A stretch of DNA of 64,000 nucleotides from contig JAUCBJ010001966.1 of assembly GCA_032718475.1 (NCBI GenBank), positions 1-64,000 of the forward strand, given 5' to 3'. This stretch comes from Nemertoderma westbladi. Lineage: Eukaryota; Animalia; Xenacoelomorpha. This document shows, piece after piece, positions 12,160-23,900 of the stretch (position 1 is its first letter; the number at the start of each line of letters is the position of its first letter). The position numbers were made by a program, and so were the translations under genes. The notes beneath the pieces were generated by a model. It was not told the DNA's origin, ran no database searches, and saw nothing but the letters and a program-made list of their open reading frames with translations.

Positions 12160-15100
12160 ATGCCGCCTAAATCCAAAGGGAAGATCACGTCCCCGCCCAC
12201 GGCGGACAGCAGCGACGGCGACGAAACTCTAGAAGCCCGAGGTGGCAGTCGCGCCCCTATCCGAATGGACGACCTTGCGCGAATCCTCGCCCAACAGCAG
12301 ACTGCTATGGCTCAGCTGCTGGCGCAACAGCAGGAGGACGCCAACCGTCGCCAGGAGGCTGCGGATGACCGCCTACTTCAACAACAGGCGGCCGCGGACG
12401 ACCGCATCGCTAAACTCCTCGCAGCTTTACAACCCGGCGTGGCGGCGGCCGCCACACCGGAACTACCGACGACCCAACCCACGTACGCGGGGCCCGTCAC
12501 GAACCCGGTTCCCCGACGCCGGGTAATCGACATCTCGACGATGGAGAAGATCGACGTGGACGTCGAGTTCTCCATGTTCCGCCGGTGGAGACAGGCGTGG
12601 CGGGTCCACGCCCACCGACAACAGGTCGCTACGTTCCCGCGAGCCGAGCAGGTTTACGCTCTCGTTGCTGCCCTCGGTAGCGGCCTACAGGAGACCATCC
12701 GCGTCACCCTGCACGTGGACATCGACGCGGACGATACAACCACAGAGACGGTCCTCGATGCACTCCAGGGCCACCTCCGCGCCAAGAGGAGTATCGCGAT
12801 CGACGCGATCAAGTTCCACGAGCGCCGGCAAGGCGCGACCGAGGGATTCGATTCCTTCCGGGTGGCCCTGGAGGATCTCGCAGACACTGCGGAGCTCTGC
12901 GGGAACTGCCGCGACCGGCAGATCGTTACCCAGATCCTAGTGGGTCTTCGATGTTCAGAGACCCGGACGGAACTCCTCAAGGTTCTTCCTCAACCGACCC
13001 TCGAGGACTGCGTAAGGATCGCGCAGAGCGTGGAAGCCAGCGAACGGAACGACTCGATCCTCGCGAGCGGGAAACCAGTAAACAAACTCTCCGCGTACAA
13101 ACGCGAACGCTCGGCCTCCCGCAACCCCGCTATCTCCCGCTCCCCGATGAGCACCCGGAACTCATCACCCGACCCCGCGTGGCGGAACCCTAGCGGCCGC
13201 AGTTGCGGCAACTGCGGCCGGGAACCCCATGAGGCGGGCTCGGAATGCCCCGCCAAGGGGGTCAAGTGTCACGGCTGTGGCAGGACGGGGCATATCAAGC
13301 GGATGTGCCGGTCCCGATCCGCCACCAAGAAGAGGGTGTCCACAGTGTACCACTGCCAGAGTATTAGCAGCGTTGCCAACCATCAGGAAACAGCCTGCAA
13401 ACTCTCTTATATCGCGGTGGGCCTGACGGACTCCGGGATCGGGAACCTCAAGGGGACGGTTCGTCACTCCCTCCCGGATAGCGGTGCGGCCGCTAATATC
13501 TTCAACCAGGGACTGTTTCTCCGGTTCGGAGGGCGACTCGACGACCTCCTCCCGCTTCGAGACGACGACAAATTCGAGGCGGCCAACCGACTCCCCATGG
13601 CGGCCGTGGGGCGGTACCCAGCGGAGATCAACTACTGCGGGACGACGACGACCACCGAGCTGGTCATCTCTCCCGAGTCCGACGGACTGATCCTCTCGAA
13701 GAAGACCATCCAGGACCTGGATATCCTCCCGCGCACCTTCCCGGCTCCCCTACACAGCCGCGGAACCGTCGCTTCTGTTGCTCCGTCCCCGGCGATCCGC
13801 TCCCGGGACAATCTCCTCCGCGAGTTCAGCGACGTGTTCGACAACGACTCCGCGCCTCTTCCAACGATGCATGGCCCGCCCATGCGTATACAGCTGAAGG
13901 ATGGGGCCAAGCCGTTCCACGTCAACGGCGCGCGACCTGTCCCGTTCGCGATGCGGGACGAGGTGAAAGAACTCCTCGACAAGCTAGAGCGACGGGAAGT
14001 CATCACCCGGGTCGAGGAACCTACGGAATGGGCCCATCCGATGACGGTGGCGCCTAAACCCAACGGAGGACTGCGACTCTGCGTGGACCTCCGCCACCTA
14101 AACTCGCAGGTCCAACGCCCCTATTACCCAACGCCGAATCCACGGACCGCAGTCGCCGGAGTCTCCACGACTGCAAAGATTTTCTCCGTGTTCGACGCAG
14201 CCAGTGGCTACTGGCAGGTTCCCCTCGACGAGGAATCCCAACTCCTCACCACCTTCGCGACTCCCTGGGGCCGGTACTGTCACACTCGTAGTGTGATGGG
14301 GCTGATCTCGTCCGGCGACGAGTTTAACCGTCGAGGCGACGACGCCATCCAGGGACTTCCTAACCTCATCAAGGTTGTAGACGATGTACTCCTCTACAAC
14401 GATACAATGGAGGAACACATGGAGAACATCGCGAGGTTTATGGAGCGGTGCCGGACCTACGGGATCACGTTACACCCGGGGAAGGTTCAGTTTGCCCAGA
14501 CCGAGGTTCGGTTCGCTGGGTACCTCGTCGGCGCCTCCGGGATAAAGGCCGACCCCGAGAAACTGAAGGCGATTGCCGCCTTCCCCCGCCCTGGGAACAT
14601 CACCGATCTCCGGAGCTTCCTCGGAATGGTGGAGCAACTCGCTCCGTTCTCAGCAGACATCGCTGCCGCGATGTCCCCGCTACGTCCCCTCCTAAGCACG
14701 AAGGCGACCTTCATCTGGACGGTGGACCACGAACGGGCCTTCGAGACAACCAAGCTGGCTCTGACGTCACCGCCGGCCCTCGTCCCGTTCGACACGACCC
14801 GGGAAACCCGTCTAGTGACAGACGCGTCCCGGCTGAAGGGCCTCGGCTACGCCCTCCTCCAACTTCACGGGGAGGACTGGAAGCTGGTCGAGTGCGGCTC
14901 GAGGTTCACCACCGAGACCGAGTCCCGGTATGCCATGGTAGAACTCGAGCTGCTCGCCGTCGTATGGGCAGTGCAGAAGTGCCGTATGTCGTGTGTCGGC
15001 CTCCCACACTTCAACCTAATCGTTGACCACCAGCCGTTGGTGACGATTATCGACAAGTACACGGTGGACGCGACCGACAACACGCGCCTCCAGCGGCTCA

Positions 15101-16608
15101 AAACGAAACTGGCTCCCTACCAGTTTACCACCACGTGGACAAAGGGGAAGGACCACGCCATAGCCGACGCGTTGTCCCGCGCCCCCGTCGACGACCCGAC
15201 ACCGGATGACATCGTGGACGACGGCGAAATGGCGACGTACATCCGGGCCGTCACCCGCCAGACCGCCGCCGACATAACCGGCTCCGATTCCGCCCACCTT
15301 GCGGATCCAGTCCTCAATGAACTCGCCCGACTGGCTCGGAACGATCCGGACTACAAAGCCCTACTCGCGGCTATCGAGGCTGGGTTTCCGGAATCCACCC
15401 GGACGAACCCAGCGGTGAACATCTTCTGGTCTGTCCGGGACCAGTTAACCACGGACGGGGACCTGGCCCTGCTGGGTCATCGCATTGTGGTCCCCACAGC
15501 GTCGCGGAAATCTACCCTTACGCGCCTCCACGCATCGCACCAGGGGGTGGAGAAGACGCTACGACGTGCCCGGCAGTGTGTCTACTGGCCGGGCATAACT
15601 AACGATATCCGGACGACCGTGGGCGCTTGCAGCGAATGTCTGACCGGCCGATCGAGCCAGACAAAGGAGTCGTTCCAGTCGGAACCTCCACCCACTCGAC
15701 CCTTCGAGGACATTTCGGGAGACTTCTTCTCCCTTGGGGCGAAGCACTTCCTGGCCGCCGCCGACCGATATTCCGGATGGCCGGAAGTGTACTCGTTTTC
15801 CGCCCCACCCACTGCCGACCGGACAATCACAGCCCTGCGAGACTGGTTCATCCGGTACGGGGTGCCGACCCGCTTTCGCTCGGATGGCGGGACCCCATTC
15901 ACCGCGGCAGCGACGACGAAATTCCTGAAGGAATGGGGGGTCACACCGGTCATGTCGTCACCGGAATACCCCCAGAGTAACGGGCACGCCGAGTCGGCGG
16001 TAAAGGCCCTGAAGAGCCTTCTGGTAAAGACCGGGGGCTCAACTACGTCCGAAGTGTTCCTGGAGGGGCTCCTGGAACTCCGCAACAGCCCCAGGGAGAG
16101 CGGCTCTTCCCCAGCGGACATTGTCTTCGGACACCCAATGCGCACGCGTGTCCCAGCTCACCACACCGCCTTCGCCCGGACTATACAAGAGACCCGGACG
16201 GAGCTAGACCGGGTGGCGCCAGCCATCAAATCGGCCCGGACCACCCAGTACAACCGCGGCGCCAAATATTTGGAACCTCTCACGGTAGGCGCCCGGGTAA
16301 GGGTTCAACACCCGACCACCAAGCGATGGGATCGCGCTGGAACCGTCGTAGAGACTGGTTCCCACCGGAAGTATACAGTCCGGATGCCGTCCGGACGCAC
16401 CCTTGTCCGGAACAGACGCTTACTAATCCCGGACACCGCCCACCAGGCGACACCAACGGGCCCTCCGCCACCGGATGCGGCCCCAACGGGACCCACACCC
16501 ACCAAGAAACTGCGCTGGCGTGAACCCCTAATGGAAACTCAGACCTTCGATAAACTTTCAGTTTCGAGGTATCCAAAACGGACGCGTCAGCAACCCGACA
16601 GACTGTAG
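12160..16608 (+). CDS. pol: Gag-Pol polyprotein (2 CCHC, protease, RT, RNase H, integrase)
   Basis: CHGCGRTGH..C; DSGA; LCVD, FDAASGYWQ, VVDD; TDAS..ELE..DH; HASH..CSEC, D..SDGG..E. Confidence 0.97.
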   Translation: MPPKSKGKITSPPTADSSDGDETLEARGGSRAPIRMDDLARILAQQQTAMAQLLAQQQEDANRRQEAADDRLLQQQAAADDRIAKLLAALQPGVAAAATPELPTTQPTYAGPVTNPVPRRRVIDISTMEKIDVDVEFSMFRRWRQAWRVHAHRQQVATFPRAEQVYALVAALGSGLQETIRVTLHVDIDADDTTTETVLDALQGHLRAKRSIAIDAIKFHERRQGATEGFDSFRVALEDLADTAELCGNCRDRQIVTQILVGLRCSETRTELLKVLPQPTLEDCVRIAQSVEASERNDSILASGKPVNKLSAYKRERSASRNPAISRSPMSTRNSSPDPAWRNPSGRSCGNCGREPHEAGSECPAKGVKCHGCGRTGHIKRMCRSRSATKKRVSTVYHCQSISSVANHQETACKLSYIAVGLTDSGIGNLKGTVRHSLPDSGAAANIFNQGLFLRFGGRLDDLLPLRDDDKFEAANRLPMAAVGRYPAEINYCGTTTTTELVISPESDGLILSKKTIQDLDILPRTFPAPLHSRGTVASVAPSPAIRSRDNLLREFSDVFDNDSAPLPTMHGPPMRIQLKDGAKPFHVNGARPVPFAMRDEVKELLDKLERREVITRVEEPTEWAHPMTVAPKPNGGLRLCVDLRHLNSQVQRPYYPTPNPRTAVAGVSTTAKIFSVFDAASGYWQVPLDEESQLLTTFATPWGRYCHTRSVMGLISSGDEFNRRGDDAIQGLPNLIKVVDDVLLYNDTMEEHMENIARFMERCRTYGITLHPGKVQFAQTEVRFAGYLVGASGIKADPEKLKAIAAFPRPGNITDLRSFLGMVEQLAPFSADIAAAMSPLRPLLSTKATFIWTVDHERAFETTKLALTSPPALVPFDTTRETRLVTDASRLKGLGYALLQLHGEDWKLVECGSRFTTETESRYAMVELELLAVVWAVQKCRMSCVGLPHFNLIVDHQPLVTIIDKYTVDATDNTRLQRLKTKLAPYQFTTTWTKGKDHAIADALSRAPVDDPTPDDIVDDGEMATYIRAVTRQTAADITGSDSAHLADPVLNELARLARNDPDYKALLAAIEAGFPESTRTNPAVNIFWSVRDQLTTDGDLALLGHRIVVPTASRKSTLTRLHASHQGVEKTLRRARQCVYWPGITNDIRTTVGACSECLTGRSSQTKESFQSEPPPTRPFEDISGDFFSLGAKHFLAAADRYSGWPEVYSFSAPPTADRTITALRDWFIRYGVPTRFRSDGGTPFTAAATTKFLKEWGVTPVMSSPEYPQSNGHAESAVKALKSLLVKTGGSTTSEVFLEGLLELRNSPRESGSSPADIVFGHPMRTRVPAHHTAFARTIQETRTELDRVAPAIKSARTTQYNRGAKYLEPLTVGARVRVQHPTTKRWDRAGTVVETGSHRKYTVRMPSGRTLVRNRRLLIPDTAHQATPTGPPPPDAAPTGPTPTKKLRWREPLMETQTFDKLSVSRYPKRTRQQPDRL

Positions 16609-16675
16609 GACAGAACGGTTGATAGCTCGGCACAGCCTTAGACAGTTAGACAGCTAATCCGAGCTCGTAAGGGGG

Positions 16676-16928
16676 TGTGGTGATAATATATGGCTCGCCC
16701 CACGGATACCCTGGGACGAGGGGGGGGGGGGAGACCTACCGGTGTTGGACAGTCAGTATGTCGGTGTTAGTCAGAGCACTGCAGTACATATTCTTTTATC
16801 TAGGCTACTTGTTACATGCCGTGACCGGTCCCCGGAGGACCCTATTATACATATCTATCTGACAGTATCTGCTATAGATAAAGGTTTTATTCATCTGCTG
16901 CCTCGCAGCAATAGTAGATACGCCCACA
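16676..16928 (+). repeat. Gypsy 3' LTR
   Basis: Copy of 11877-12130. Confidence 0.96.
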
Positions 16929-17904
16929 CCATCTTAAATATTAATTTAATATTTATTAAAATCTGTAAAATTCAGATCCTTTAAAATTTCTTAGTCAATT
17001 AAGATATCGCAGCACTTACCGATACTCTTAAAAGACAATTTTATAGAATTAAGGATCCTATGTCCCCAGACATGCTCTGGAATAAAATTGTGTCAATTTT
17101 ACCATCAAATAATAAAATTCACGGGAATAAATTTAAATTCATATCTTAAATGAATTTCATAAATTGTCATTTTGTGCAATTTATAACATTCCCAAAATTC
17201 CATTAATTAATAGATCATGGGAGCGGAGATTCATATTATTGAGTGTATTAGAGTGTGAGAATCTCCAACATATAGTCAATAGCCGATAAAATTAATAAAA
17301 TCATGCACAAAGAGGATATTGACAGCTAAAGAATTACTATTAAATAGCATCCCAGATCTGTATGCATGAGAATTACCCTAATTCTACCGCTAGCTTTCCA
17401 TAATGTCACCATAGCAACACCCACGCTAGAATTAGAAGCAAGTTAAAAGAACAACAGAAAGCTTGTCCCATTGCATAGCATAGAGAATACATAGCACACT
17501 GTTAGTATCCAAGGATACACAATAATAACGTGACATTCTGGAAGGCACTGACTAACGGACAAATGGCCTGTATGTGTACAATTGGTGACAGTTGTGTGGA
17601 ATTTGTGCGTTTGTAGGTGAATGTTACTGCTAAGGTGTGTTTACAGTAGCTAGTCGCAATTGTGAAAGTAGCCCAACTCTCCTATAGAAAGAACCTAAAG
17701 TGGATTCAAGCCTTTGGGATGGACAGTGGAGTGACTTGTGCCGGTTGTCGTTGTCGTGCTGTTGCTACATGTTGGCGTAAACACCGCGACGACGATACAT
17801 CGGCGCTGAGAATCCCACTGTCCGGGGGCAAAGAGAGGTAGGCAGCGACGCCCGCTCGCCTAAACATAAACTCATTACAATATTAATAAACTCAGATAGC
17901 AGAT

Positions 17905-19497
17905 ATGACGGAGTTGATAGAAGATGATCTTGGTATCAGGGAGCGATATACTCTACCTTTACAAGCATTTGTGGATAGCTTGATACGCGGTGAAGCCGAT
18001 CCAACCATTACGGAGGACGATGGTCGTTATATCGAACCGCCGATGTCCCAAGAGCAACTTACGCGTGAATTGGACTATCGAAAATTCACCGCTCGCTATA
18101 CGAATCGTAATGGTACGTATATGGACTTCTTAACTACCGGCCATCCTATCGATTTATATGATACGGACGATGTAGACACCGAAAGGGAAATGGTTCTATT
18201 TAAATATCATACCCAGCGGAGTCGTAACGATAAACCGAGAATAGAACACGAAAATTCTATTCGTAATAGACTGGAAAGAGAAAACGTTGAAGAACCGGAT
18301 AAACGCATCGACTTCAACGACTACCTGGAATTTTGAGAGAAACCTATCTCAATATCGCCAGTCAGCAGAACCTAGAGACTCGATATCCTCAAGGTATACA
18401 TCATGACCCTATGGTAGAACTCAAACGGCTCTATTTCACTATGATGTATCTTACCGCCGATCGTCCACTACCTGTGATCCCGGATAGTTTTGAACAAATG
18501 GAAGAATATTGCAAAACTGGAGAACGATCACCCGCGTTTCCTCTACAGGACGTACGTCTTTGGTATTATTGGGACGAATGCCCTAGACCCAACCAACAAA
18601 CTGAAAGACACAAACGTCCGCGGTTCCTATTTCCACGAACAACCGGCGATGGAAATTTATTGCGCATATTGCAGACTCAATAACTTGCATATTTTTGCGG
18701 TTTGCCCTCAATTTATGACTCAATGTCACCATTGTCAACTAAAGGGATACGCCAGTTTCGATTGCCCTTTTAATCACGATTTGGAAAGCGTAGATGAAAT
18801 GATCACACTACGTTACATCAGAGCTTGGGAAGTGAACACTGATTTACATTGTGATTCGCGCCATCGCTATTATCCTGGACGCGCTTACGAAGGAGTTTAT
18901 GCATTCCATCCTTATCTATTCGCTTCTGTCGAACAGAAATCACGCATATCGAGTTACGAACTACTGAAGCGCGTCGGAGAATATATTTCAACCAAATTCG
19001 TACGCAAATTTCTCAGGAGTGTTAATCCTAGCGACATTCATTCCTATAACTTAATCAATTTTATCCGTCAAGATCCGGGCTATGGAGACTTATTTGTTAA
19101 CTCACACCCCGAGTTACAGGAAGTATATCGACGGCCTTACGAATACCGAGCCCGCGAACGCGAGTTGGAAAGAACCATTAAACCCAGGAAGTTTCTAACT
19201 GCCTATGGTCCACCTACGGCTCTCGTTCAGACCACTCGTAAAGGACCCGTAAGAGCGGCCGTCCTAAAACGCGCTCTAAAGGCCGTTAGACCCCTCTCCC
19301 CCGACGTCGATGTCAATCAACCCGGCACTTCGACCGGCGGATATATCGACCATAATCCTACACCCTCTGATGCAATCATATTGCACCCTTCACCCAGGAG
19401 TTATAGCCCTCCTTGTAAAGTGGCTCGCCCCAAAGAGAAAAAGACTCTGGCTAGCTTTAAAAAACTGCGTAAACGCCGTCCGCGCAAGAAAGACTAA
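17905..19497 (+). CDS. Unknown accessory ORF region at the env position of the BEL element (three overlapping frames, possibly one ~530-aa frameshifted protein)
   Basis: ORFs 17905-18336, 18333-18683, 18490-19497. Cys/His cluster CAYC..H...C..CHHC....C and a basic C-terminus. AG acceptor candidates just upstream of the ATG. Confidence 0.55.
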
Positions 19498-19575
19498 CTG
19501 TTTAGAGTATTTACGTATATTAGAAACTGTGATTTTGTATATTTTATAGACTTAAATCCCATTTTCTGGGAGCGG

Positions 19576-20776
19576 TGTAAAAGCTTCTGTGGGATATAAC
19601 TGGCCCTTTTGCTTTGCAATCCAGTTTCCCCCCAGGCGCTGGAATACTCTAAAAGGCTCACTAACTCGAATGATACAAGCGACCGGCTGATTGGCTGATT
19701 TGCTGTACGAGGGGCTCTTTGCTATGTTCTATCGGCCAACCAGAGCTATAGCAGCAGAGTATGCAACCAGGACAACCGAGCGGAGTGACTCATTTTGTGT
19801 GCTGGCCAAGGGATGCCAAAATCCTGATAGTTCGGCATTTAGACATTCGTGGAACCTGTGGATTCTGGTGTTCTGCCAATGAGAGCTATTCCTCTCTGTG
19901 TAAAAGATACCTGCAACAGGGACAGAGGACAGTGTGTGTTGTTATTCCTCCTACGCCAGAACATCGGCTTTTGGAATGACTTGTTTCAGACTTTTAGTAA
20001 AACATTAGTAGGCTTAGATTATAGAACGTATAACTGTTATCGACCCAATCAGCATACAGTCTAATCATATTATATCTTAACCTACCGTCTTAATGCTATT
20101 TACTGTTGTGTTTATCAGTTGGTTGAATATTATTATTTGGAGAACATCTATAAAGAACCCAAATTTCCCAATTTTCTTGATACACTACAGGTTAGAGAGA
20201 CAGGCTATATATATAACAATTGCGACTTATGTTATCGTGGTTTGTAGTGAACCTAATGCTATTTGATAGACACTACATAGGTCAATTGCTGTTCTCTTTA
20301 TGTGTGATCAAATTCATTGACGGTCGGCAGATTAGTGTGCAGTATTGTGCGGTACCGGTAGTGTGCATGATTGTGACCGATAACAAAGCATTTCCTAAAG
20401 AATGCGCCTTATACGTGAATTATAAGCCTTACCGTTGCGTGTAGTATAAGTCATAACTCTGTTTACTTAGGTAGAGCGCCACGTCCTAAAGGAACTGTTA
20501 ATATTTCCCGAAAGTGAATAATATTTGTCAGAAATTATTTATTAACGATCAATCGAATAATACAGTAGGCTTCACTGCAATAACAAAAACTAAGCCCCAT
20601 CCGAACCCAGTCTCCCGGGAATATCCAGCGGGTGAATGGACGCGCACTAGGCTGGCTTCGGCTAATGTTGTGTTTATTGGCATTAAATATTTGTCATCTT
20701 CTAAAGTCTGAACATAAACCAAAGACATATAAATTTTGGCAGGTTAAACTGCTAAAGGTCTTCAAAAGCGCGTACA
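19576..20776 (+). repeat. BEL element 3' LTR
   Basis: Copy of 4584-5784, preceded by GGGAGCGG. Confidence 0.95.
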
Positions 20777-22064
20777 ATAATGTCTAAAGAAAATAATTTA
20801 ATAGTATTCCAGAGGCTTTATTTCAGAACGTAGCCCGGAGTTGTTAGTGGGGCCTATTACAAGACTCAGTCTGGTACTGGTACACTACCACAATATAATA
20901 ATTCACAATTGAATCTCCACTTGGCGATGTGGCGTAATGAAAGCAATGGCAGGTATGGGCTGTGCTGTGTGGAGTTTAATTCTGAGTTACGCAATGGGTT
21001 GGGTGGATGGCTACAACACAATATAATGGGGGGGGGGGGGGGGGGGGGGGGGGGGTGTGCAGGTCCGCAGCTTGTAGGCTTGTACAATGATATACTGTAG
21101 TAATAGTCCACAACAAGAGAGGGTATGGGATCACTGGGGTTATATTGTTGCCTTGTCTTACAGCAAAAGTGAGCAAAAGTGTGGTTTGTCGGCCGGATGG
21201 TTAAAAACCTCCATTAATTAAAAATAAATGAGCATAATTGAATAAGTATTACTAACCCAATTTGATTTTTAATATTAAAAAAATTATAATTACAATACGT
21301 TAAACTGAATTAAAAAATACGTAACTAATGATGTACATAACATAGTTTACTTTGAAACAAATTAGGTTTTCAATAAAATTACCTTATCAGAGTATTAAAA
21401 TTAAATTACGTAAATTTTTAGAAGGTATTTTAGGGGGTGCGCTGGCGCTTGGATTTATTTATTACTTTATAAAATTATTTCTTATTTATTTCTTTACATT
21501 TATTAGTATAATTAGGGACAGGGGCAGGAAGGAAGCTTGTCGAATTTACACAATTAGTGTATAAGCAAATGCAATGCAACGGCAGCCATCGCGCTGCTAC
21601 GTCAATGGAGGTATTTGGCCTTGATTCTGATTTAAGGAACATTGAAACAATTTCTAATATAACAATAAATTAAAAATATTCCAAAGGCTGTTTTTCTGAA
21701 CTAGTTGTTGGTGTAATAATAGGCCCTGCCCTACAAGAACAAAACTCAGTCTGGGACACTACCACAACACCGCCTTGTAAATCCAATCGCTGCCCATCCA
21801 CAAAGTCAAGCAAGCTCCATCCACCGCCCTGTCAATCACATCGCGGCTTGGCCATTAACAAAAGCCAGTTCTCGGCGGGAATCTGAGTTCAAAGGTATGC
21901 CGCAGAAGAGCGATGTAAACTGTTACCTTGAAATCATTTCAATGTCATTTCAATATGAGACAGAAAGTCTGGAATTTCGGTCCATCGATTTCAAGGTCAT
22001 TTCAATATGCCATCAATGTCATTTCAATGTCAATGCTACTTTCAATGATATTCTATGGACACAT

Positions 22065-22143
22065 TTTGATCAAACTTTGATCAATGTTTGATCAAAGTTT
22101 GATCAATGTTTGATCAAAGGCATGCTTTTTGAGAGCGGGACTG
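22065..22143 (-). repeat. Right TIR of the TA element
   Basis: Reverse complement of 2969-3047. Confidence 0.93.
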
Positions 22144-22145
22144 TA

Positions 22146-23205
22146 CAAGAGTTGAGATATCCTTGTACTCTATGAATTACATATCTAGAGATCTTGGCGT
22201 GGAAGTGATGAGAAGTGCATTAGAAAACATACAGCCATATGAGGGATTATTTGTACAGCAAAATGGGAGGAATCACTGGCGAGCTCTAGCAAAAGAGGTG
22301 ACAAGGTGTTGTGTCATCGCCTCTAAGACCACAGGAACAATATATGTAGCTTGGTATGCTCATGATATGAACATATATGAAAACGACATGAAAATGAACA
22401 AAAGGAATATGTTTTGCATCTATTGAAGCACACTCCCATACAAAAAATTTGTGAGTTGGATTCTGTGAAACCTTTAGAAGCAACAGTGCTTGGATTTCGA
22501 CAAGCAACTGGACCATACCAAAGATACGAAATTTTGCTTTCGATTGGTGGTGAAATTTCCAAGATATATTCTAACCGAGGCTTGGAGTGTGTTTTAGATG
22601 AATTGAGAGATGCTTTTCACAGAGCACAAGAACCAAAAACAAGATAAATTTATTTTTTGGTTGATGGAGAGGAGCTGGAAATTGAAATTCAAGCACCCAA
22701 AGAGTTCAATAATGAGCAGCAGCAGATAATTATTTGGTATCCAATTAAATTATTGAGAAGCCCAATTGAAGGTAAACAACAAAATATGCAAGATAGATTG
22801 AAGAAAGTCGAAAATGAATATGAGAAGGCCAAGTCCATGTGTTTGGTTGAATATCCTGCAAAAAAGAAGAGCAGTGTGAGAAAAGTGCTTGAATTAGAAG
22901 AAGGTGAATATCAATGTATAGCATACTGGAACCAGAGCTATAGAGGAAAAGTGCGTCATATATTATATTTGCAGAATGAAGCTGGTGAATCTGCCAGACC
23001 AGTATATGGCTATTTCTTGCAGAGAGAAGTTGAGGCAATGCAGTGTGATTTGTCTACAGTGCTGTCTCCACTGCTAATTAAAGTTGGAAGAACAAAAACA
23101 ACACCACAAAAGAATAAAGATAGAATTGTCACTGTAGCACACAATAAGACAACTAATACTTTCGAGTGGAATGAGGCAAGTAATTTCTATTCAATGAGAA
23201 TATAA
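22146..23205 (+). pseudogene. 3' part of the Rep_trans-like gene (frameshift ~22370-22410, in-frame stop 22645-47)
   Basis: TRVEISLY in frame with the 5' part. ORFs 22414-22647 and 22657-23205 share one frame across a single TAA. Confidence 0.6.
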
Positions 23206-23445
23206 ATTACTATGGTTCTGAATCTATCCTCATACTGCAAATTTAAAAAAAGCAATCAAAAATAATCAAACTCATATAAAAAACAAACATATTAAAATCA
23301 AAAACAATCATACTACAATCAAAATCAAAACATATATTCAATTTCTATTCTACAGTTTTCAATAAAAAACAAACATATTACAATACAATAGAAAACAATT
23401 TTCTATTGTTTCAATGTGTATAATATTATAACAAACAATTTTGTT

Positions 23446-23878
23446 GGTCCCATCCTAAACATTTATGGGCCCTTATTATTATCCTAGTTTGTTTGTTTGT
23501 TTGTGCGTTCTCTCTAGGCCAAACGCCTGGACCGATTTTAATGAAACTTTAACACAACTATACTACCATGACCTAGTTGTGTCTCCTCTAAGTTGGTTGC
23601 CATGGATACCATATTTCCAAAATGGTTTAACAAAATTGTTTTTTTTAGGTTTTTTAGGGTTTTTGGCAGTACATTTCGGTCGTTTTCGGCGGTTTTTCGG
23701 CTGTAAAAAATTTTCTATTTCGAATTTCGAAATTCCGGGACTGTGACCCTCTTCAGAAATGCCATCACTACATTGTGTAAAAAAATCTAAGCGATTCGAT
23801 TATTTTTGAGAGAGGAGTTACACTTTTAGTGTCCAAAATGCGGAGTGGATGGGACCCCAGGAGACCGCCAGGCTTGTT
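23446..23878 (+). mobile_element. Helentron-associated (HINE/DINE-1-like) non-autonomous element
   Basis: Asymmetric inverted repeat GGTCCCATCC / GGATGGGACC, (GTTT)n microsatellite near the 5' end, T-rich flanks, no TSD. Confidence 0.6.
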
Positions 23879-23900
23879 TCTATTGTCAGTTTTATATTGT

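Larger units (their letters stand above)
11877..16928 (+). mobile_element. Intact Ty3/Gypsy LTR retrotransposon, Mag-like
   Basis: 254/253-bp LTRs differing only in poly-G length. TSD CCATC (11872-76, 16929-33). PBS, PPT AAGGGGG and an uninterrupted gag-pol. Confidence 0.97.
4584..20776 (+). mobile_element. BEL/Pao LTR retrotransposon, non-autonomous (gag-protease only)
   Basis: 1201-bp TG..CA LTRs with ~6 differences seen. 5-bp TSD ATAAT (4579-83, 20777-81). PPT-like GGGAGCGG before the 3' LTR. BEL-type gag. Confidence 0.95.
2969..22143. mobile_element. Non-autonomous TIR DNA transposon (TA target, CAGT..ACTG ends, Tc1/mariner-like); ~2.98 kb of its own sequence, inflated by nested LTR elements
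   Basis: 79-bp TIRs with 1 mismatch (2969-3047, 22065-22143). TA on both flanks (2967-68, 22144-45). Excision restores the host reading frame. No transposase seen. Internal diverged direct repeats 3336-3475/20905-21055 and ~20800-20890/21675-21770. Confidence 0.9.

Noticed and set aside
12242-16633. Many overlapping and antisense ORFs in Gypsy
   Set aside because: Expected from high GC content; no motifs.
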